The notes under the pieces are model-generated. The model did not search any database. It was given only the letters and a program-made list of their open reading frames with translations, and was not told the origin of the DNA. A DNA stretch of 64,000 nucleotides, from the NCBI GenBank assembly GCA_030591685.1, contig JAUVAX010000008.1, positions 1-64,000 of the forward strand, in the 5' to 3' direction. The position numbers and the translations under genes were made by a program. Each line of letters starts with the position of its first letter. Within the stretch, counting starts at the first letter, position 1. Positions 59,040 through 64,000 of the stretch are shown in pieces. The DNA comes from Pseudobdellovibrionaceae bacterium. Lineage in GTDB: Bacteria > Bdellovibrionota > Bdellovibrionia > Bdellovibrionales > UBA1609.

Positions 59040-60218
59040 ATGAAAAAGCATAAATATATAAACACAAGTCTATCTTTAGTAGTACTTTTAACCTTAAGTG
59101 CTTGTACAAAAAAACAACATGATGATTACCCTGCTCAACAAAAAAATAATATAGGTAAAAAGATAAACTCAGAGCCGCCGCGCTATAAATATGAATTAGA
59201 AAATATATATAGGCACGTTAAATGGAATATTGAATTAACAGTAAATGAACCCATACACTTTGAGTCAAAAGCTGAATGCATATTCAGCAGTGTATATAGT
59301 GATACTTGTAATTTAAGGGAAATAGTGCGAGTACAGCAAGGGCCTAAAATCTATTACTTAAAGCAGGCACAGCCGGCCTCCGAAGCCTCATCAGCGGTAA
59401 AATTAAATGCAGGTGAGCGAATTTATAAAAAATCTTATAATTTATCTACAATTAAAAAACACAAAGCCGATTTTAAAAGTCTAGAATCTGAATTCTTTAA
59501 CCTTTTAGACAATTCAACACCAGTAAAAATTATTGAATTTACAGACAAAATTGACATGCCTCTCTACAGAAGGGCACTCAAAATACAGTACCACTACCAA
59601 ACGAATCGTTGTAAATCTGAGATACTTACTGAGTTGGCTCAACAGTGCCCTATAAAAAATCGAAGTATATATTTAAGCAACCTGGCTACGAGCCTTTCTA
59701 GTATTCTAGTTCCATCAAACCTACAATTAATTGAAATTGATATTAATAGTTCTAACTTTCTAGGTTTACCGAGGATAAAAAACAACAGACATTACCCGCA
59801 TAATCGATATGCGCCAGGAATTTTTATAGAAAACCCCAGACTTAAAACTGTTCGTATTCAACTGAATAAACTCATTGACGAAAACAACCTTGTTGATTCT
59901 GTCCAGCCTACATTTCAGACGGGTTTAAAGTTTTACTCAATGTTCTGCTCTGATATTTATCAAAGAATATATATCGAGGATCTTGGAAATAAAGATGGGA
60001 GATATTTCTCTGACGATGGAGACTATTATAACAAGGATATCGATTACAAGGCGGGGCAAGAGATTAGTTTAGAATGGGATAAAGAATTTGAAATAGTTGA
60101 ACTTATAAATTTCATATCCGATGATATTTTTAATCCAAAACAAATAGTTAGTTATTTTAATGTTAATTATAAATATGACTTTAAAAAGACCATTAACCTG
60201 GGAGCCCCTTGTGAATAA
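59040..60218 (+). CDS. hypothetical lipoprotein (operon gene B)
   Basis: SD GGAGG, ATG 59040; MKKHKYINTSLSLVVLLTLSA-C lipobox. Confidence 0.8.
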   Translation: MKKHKYINTSLSLVVLLTLSACTKKQHDDYPAQQKNNIGKKINSEPPRYKYELENIYRHVKWNIELTVNEPIHFESKAECIFSSVYSDTCNLREIVRVQQGPKIYYLKQAQPASEASSAVKLNAGERIYKKSYNLSTIKKHKADFKSLESEFFNLLDNSTPVKIIEFTDKIDMPLYRRALKIQYHYQTNRCKSEILTELAQQCPIKNRSIYLSNLATSLSSILVPSNLQLIEIDINSSNFLGLPRIKNNRHYPHNRYAPGIFIENPRLKTVRIQLNKLIDENNLVDSVQPTFQTGLKFYSMFCSDIYQRIYIEDLGNKDGRYFSDDGDYYNKDIDYKAGQEISLEWDKEFEIVELINFISDDIFNPKQIVSYFNVNYKYDFKKTINLGAPCE

Positions 60219-62091
60219 CTAATATATATGTAGACTCAAAAAATTAACTATAATTGCACTAAGTTGCGCTTATACACCAATAGCACTGGGTAATCTATCC
60301 GTGGCAGTTGATGTAGATGTGAGCATGAACCTAACTGGCTCCCTTATGCATCACATAAAGGCCAGTCAATTAGACCCCTGCTGGCGCTTAAATGGAAAGA
60401 GGACGCCGTCAACATATGGTCCTAAAGAGGCAAGTAAAAAAATAAAAATAAATCTAGAGACCTCTAAAACACTCACTTATCATTTATATGCCTCTGGGGT
60501 AAATGCCTCGTCAAGGTTACTAACTCATAAAATTTCTGACGATGGTGAATACCACACACTTAGAAGTTTAACCCTTAAATCAACAATAGAAAAAACTAAC
60601 AATACTGAATCTGTCGAGTTAGACCTATCTGAATTAAGACCCATAGATAATAACAAGGGTCTTGGCACATACTTTAACAATAATACTTGCGAAAGCTTTA
60701 ATTACAATTACATTTTTTCACAACCAAAAATTTCAGGTCATATTTTAGTGAAATATAAAATGCCTAAAAATAGTTACCTAGTTAAGGTCACAAGAACACG
60801 TGCTGAATCACTTTTGTCTATAGAAAACAGTAAGGTTAATGGGTTTAGGGGGCTTAAAAACGCCCTTAACAGAAATCTTGATAAATCAGTGATTAAACAG
60901 ACATACTATATTTGGGCAAAACCCGGCAGCACATTAATACAGGATTTTGAATACAGAGAAATGAAAGATGACTTTAGCGGTCATTTAAAATTTAAATTCG
61001 AACCTATAATTGCGAAAGATGTAAAAATTAATACCAGTTCGTTTCGTAAGTTCACCAAAAAATTAGAAAATCTTCTAATGGCAGTTAACACTAAAGTACA
61101 AATTAAACCTAAGGATTTTCATCTAATAGAAGAAGAATTTGCAGAAGAAATGGCAGGAATTGTAGGGAATGAAGAAAACATACAAGAGATAGCTAAAATA
61201 CTTTCACTTAAAGAGTTATCAAGATTTCTTAATATGTTAATAACGTTAAGGGATTCAAATGTCAATCAGGCCGAATTTTCTACTGTAAAATTGGGCATAA
61301 GTATATTTACCCATCAAATGACTCAGGCCTTATTGGCGGACCTTTTGCCTTTATGTGAAAGTATAACGATAAAACTGCCGTATAAGGATAAAAAAATTAC
61401 TACAGACATGGTTCGAGTTGCGAGTTATTTATTAAAAAAAGCGGCATTGAGGTTAGAAAACACAACCATAAAGCCATTTGAAAGCCTTATTTCAAATATT
61501 TATGAATATCAAAAAAAAGGATTATCATTTAGTCAAATTAGAAATAACATGTCAGAGTACGAAAAAATATTAAAATCGTATTATAATGTCGCGGGCGCCA
61601 TAGATGTAAGGCAAAGTCCGATCAAAGAGGCTTATAATAATATTGCATATATTTTAGATGAAACAAATAAATTAAAAATAAAAAATAAAGACCATGAAGA
61701 CATACTTTTAAAATTAGAGCAGGCGATGGAATTAGAGAATAATTTCACAAATGAGCTGTCTGATTTCATTAGACTATTTTCAGGCACAAACACTGACCCT
61801 ATTAATATATCTGAATTAAAGAGAGGGGCTGAGAATATTGAAAGACTGGTGAATAAAACTATAGAAGAACTTAAATCAAACAGGGGGGTATTTGCAGTGT
61901 CTAATAACGGGGTTCTGTTTGTTTATAACTTCATAGCATCCCTCGGAGCTCATGAAATTGATCCCTTAATAGAGCCGCTGAAATCAGACTTAGAATATTT
62001 CAGACGTGCATTTTATGATCAGAAGTATCTAGTCAAAACATCAGAGAAAATTAAATTATGCCGCCTAGGAGTTGAAAATGAGACAGATTAA
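60211..62091 (+). CDS. secreted hypothetical protein, beta-rich N half and helical C half (operon gene C); in-frame TAA at codon 4 of the probable true start
   Basis: GGAG SD plus GTG 60211, TAA 60220-60222, then in-frame signal-like RLKKLTIIALSCAYTPIALG into the 60301-62091 ORF. Confidence 0.72.
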
Positions 62092-63901
62092 AAATATATT
62101 AACACTAATTATATGTATATCTTTAAGCACGCCAGCTTTTTCTAAAAATGAGTTTATGGAGAACGCTAAGGAGTCCATTGTTGCGGCAAACGAAGCGGCA
62201 GATAATCTGGTGGATACGTTGGTGGCACAGAATATTGCTGGCGCTCTCAATGAGGCTATATCTAAAGTTTCCTCACTAGAGGAGAATAAACACAAAAGAG
62301 ATAGTTTTGTTTTAGCTATGAAGAATCTAAAGATTAAATTTGAGAATTTTCAATCTAAGCCGCAAGATAGTTATGAAGTCACTAAAGAGGCCATTGAGGT
62401 GGCCTATGCTCAGTATATTAACTATTATAGAGAGGTCATGGATAGCTCATGGAATCCTATTTCAATTGACCATCAATTTAAATCATTACCTAAAGTTTTG
62501 TCCTCAACACTGAGTCATATTAGGGAGCAATGCGATGCGGGGATCTCGATTGATAATTTTGAGAATATAGTTCAGTCTTCAGAGGATTTACCGAAATATG
62601 AGTTTGATTGGGAGATAATGTTAAATCTTTCAGCAGATTATACCCCAAGTTACGCCGACTATCAGGCTTATAACTATTTAGAAGAGAACAGCACTCGTAC
62701 ATTTTTATTTGATGCCTCAAAGTATGCCTTTGCAGGGTCTACAGGCGTTGCAAGCATTCAGGGGGCGGCATATTTAAATACTTTTATGGCCGGCGGGACA
62801 CTGGCTTCAGCCGAACTCACTGGCGCAATAGGTACGGCCTCTAATGCTGCAATGGCAATTATGCCTTACGCCGCTGCAGCTATGGTTGTAATGGCTCTTA
62901 TCATGGACATCTCAGCAAGAAACAAGTTAGACAAGTTACAAAGACAAAAGGCCGCCGCTGATGTGTATAAAATAAAAAATACAAGGCGATCACAATGGCT
63001 AAAGGCTGAATATGCCACCCGCTGTGAAACAATGAAGGGATTACTAAGCACACTAATTACTGACTTAAATTTTGTAGCTAATAATATTAGTAATCAAAAG
63101 GCGTTGAGTGATTATTATACAAATGACCTTATGGACTTAAAAAATGCCTATAGTAAAATGGAGGATTTCAAAACCGCTAAGCAAATGCTAAAGCTTGAGT
63201 CACTATATAACAAGAAGCTTTGTGTCAGTGAGGGTGTGTATAAAAATATCGACCCAGACCTTTTTGTGTCAGCTAAAAGCAGTATACCTAAGTGTTATGC
63301 CTCTCCAGATAATTCAACCCTACATCTTGTTGACGGCAACCATTCACAACTTTTAATTAAAATTACTAAAAGTGGAAAGTTAGACATTGATCAAAAATTC
63401 ATTCAATCGTCATTGAATGAATTTAAATCTAAGGATGGCGATACGTTTTCTGACAATAAAAAAATATTCGCCACCAATAGCATGTACATAAGGTATAAAA
63501 TTTATGAAATGTTCGTAGTACAAAGAAAGAGTATTATGAATAGTATGAAGTCATTTTCAGGATCATACCTGTCTAAAGTTCAAACGCAGGCTTTTAATAG
63601 ACTTCTAAATTTAATTTCAGTTTATAGAAATTTTAAATCTAGGCCAATTGATAAAATTCTTAATGACGAGCTTGATGCTCAAAAGGAGTATAGTACCTTA
63701 GTCAGTGAGTTTAATGATCTCCTTAACTTAAGTACAAACTATATTTTTGGAAAGGTTAAAAAATCAGTTGTTAGACTTAAGAGCATGGCTTTAAATCAAA
63801 AAATGAGTAGTTTCTATGATAGATACGTATACATCGCTGAGGTTACAGACCTGATGAGAGACTTTAAAGGGTATAAACAATCACTTGGCTTTAAACATTA
63901 A
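62078..63901 (+). CDS. secreted helical protein with long hydrophobic segment; candidate pore-forming or membrane-inserting subunit (operon gene D)
   Basis: SD GGAG, signal ending PAFS; about 60-aa Ala/Gly-rich hydrophobic stretch flanked by coiled-coil-like regions. Confidence 0.78.
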   Translation: MRQIKNILTLIICISLSTPAFSKNEFMENAKESIVAANEAADNLVDTLVAQNIAGALNEAISKVSSLEENKHKRDSFVLAMKNLKIKFENFQSKPQDSYEVTKEAIEVAYAQYINYYREVMDSSWNPISIDHQFKSLPKVLSSTLSHIREQCDAGISIDNFENIVQSSEDLPKYEFDWEIMLNLSADYTPSYADYQAYNYLEENSTRTFLFDASKYAFAGSTGVASIQGAAYLNTFMAGGTLASAELTGAIGTASNAAMAIMPYAAAAMVVMALIMDISARNKLDKLQRQKAAADVYKIKNTRRSQWLKAEYATRCETMKGLLSTLITDLNFVANNISNQKALSDYYTNDLMDLKNAYSKMEDFKTAKQMLKLESLYNKKLCVSEGVYKNIDPDLFVSAKSSIPKCYASPDNSTLHLVDGNHSQLLIKITKSGKLDIDQKFIQSSLNEFKSKDGDTFSDNKKIFATNSMYIRYKIYEMFVVQRKSIMNSMKSFSGSYLSKVQTQAFNRLLNLISVYRNFKSRPIDKILNDELDAQKEYSTLVSEFNDLLNLSTNYIFGKVKKSVVRLKSMALNQKMSSFYDRYVYIAEVTDLMRDFKGYKQSLGFKH

Positions 63902-63971
63902 GGGAATGTTTTTTAATTATTATTTACGGTTCCCTTGTTTTAAAGGCTCTAAGTTACTTAAGGAGTACAAT

Positions 63972-64000
63972 ATGAAGAATTTTTTAAAAATCATATTAGG
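63972..64000 (+). CDS. start of next probably secreted ORF (operon gene E), truncated by window edge
   Basis: AAGGAG SD then ATG; MKNFLKIIL signal-like start. Confidence 0.6.

Noticed and set aside
899..63051. Numerous 60-130 aa antisense or alternate-frame ORFs in the track
   Set aside because: They are nested in well-supported genes and lack motifs or SD sites; treated as shadow ORFs.
1..64000. CRISPR array, tRNA or rRNA genes
   Set aside because: No regularly spaced repeats or recognisable structural RNA genes in any intergenic region.

Overview
A 64-kb, moderately AT-rich bacterial chromosome segment. Gene content and style suggest a Bdellovibrionota-like predator (inference from the minimal MenC, REC-PilZ protein, M23-like FlgJ and many short Sec-secreted orphans). 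From left to right it holds: an edge-truncated HUH/Y1 (RAYT-like) transposase missed by the ORF track; a menaquinone cluster (menB-menA-menC-menE, thioesterase, polyprenyl synthase, second UbiA/MenA-like gene); housekeeping and signalling genes (rsmJ, Na/Pi symporter, citrate synthase, elbB, nth, add, transketolase, tatA, pcnB, DEAD helicase, mutY, alaS, recX, pilT, pgpA, cinA, recA, aspartokinase); a thiBPQ-like transporter behind a degenerate TPP riboswitch; a GMC oxidoreductase plus two methyltransferases; a small island of secreted orphans after recA; and a sigma-54 flagellar operon flgFGAHI-orf-flgJMNKL. The best candidate for an undescribed system is at 57.9-64 kb. It is a tightly coupled operon of at least five exported orphan proteins behind its own sigma-54 motif. 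It includes a lipoprotein and a 607-aa helical protein with a long Ala/Gly-rich hydrophobic segment resembling alpha-pore-forming toxins or translocators. One member appears to carry a premature stop in its signal-peptide region. No rRNA, tRNA or CRISPR array was seen. All calls are by-eye motif recognition with no database searches.
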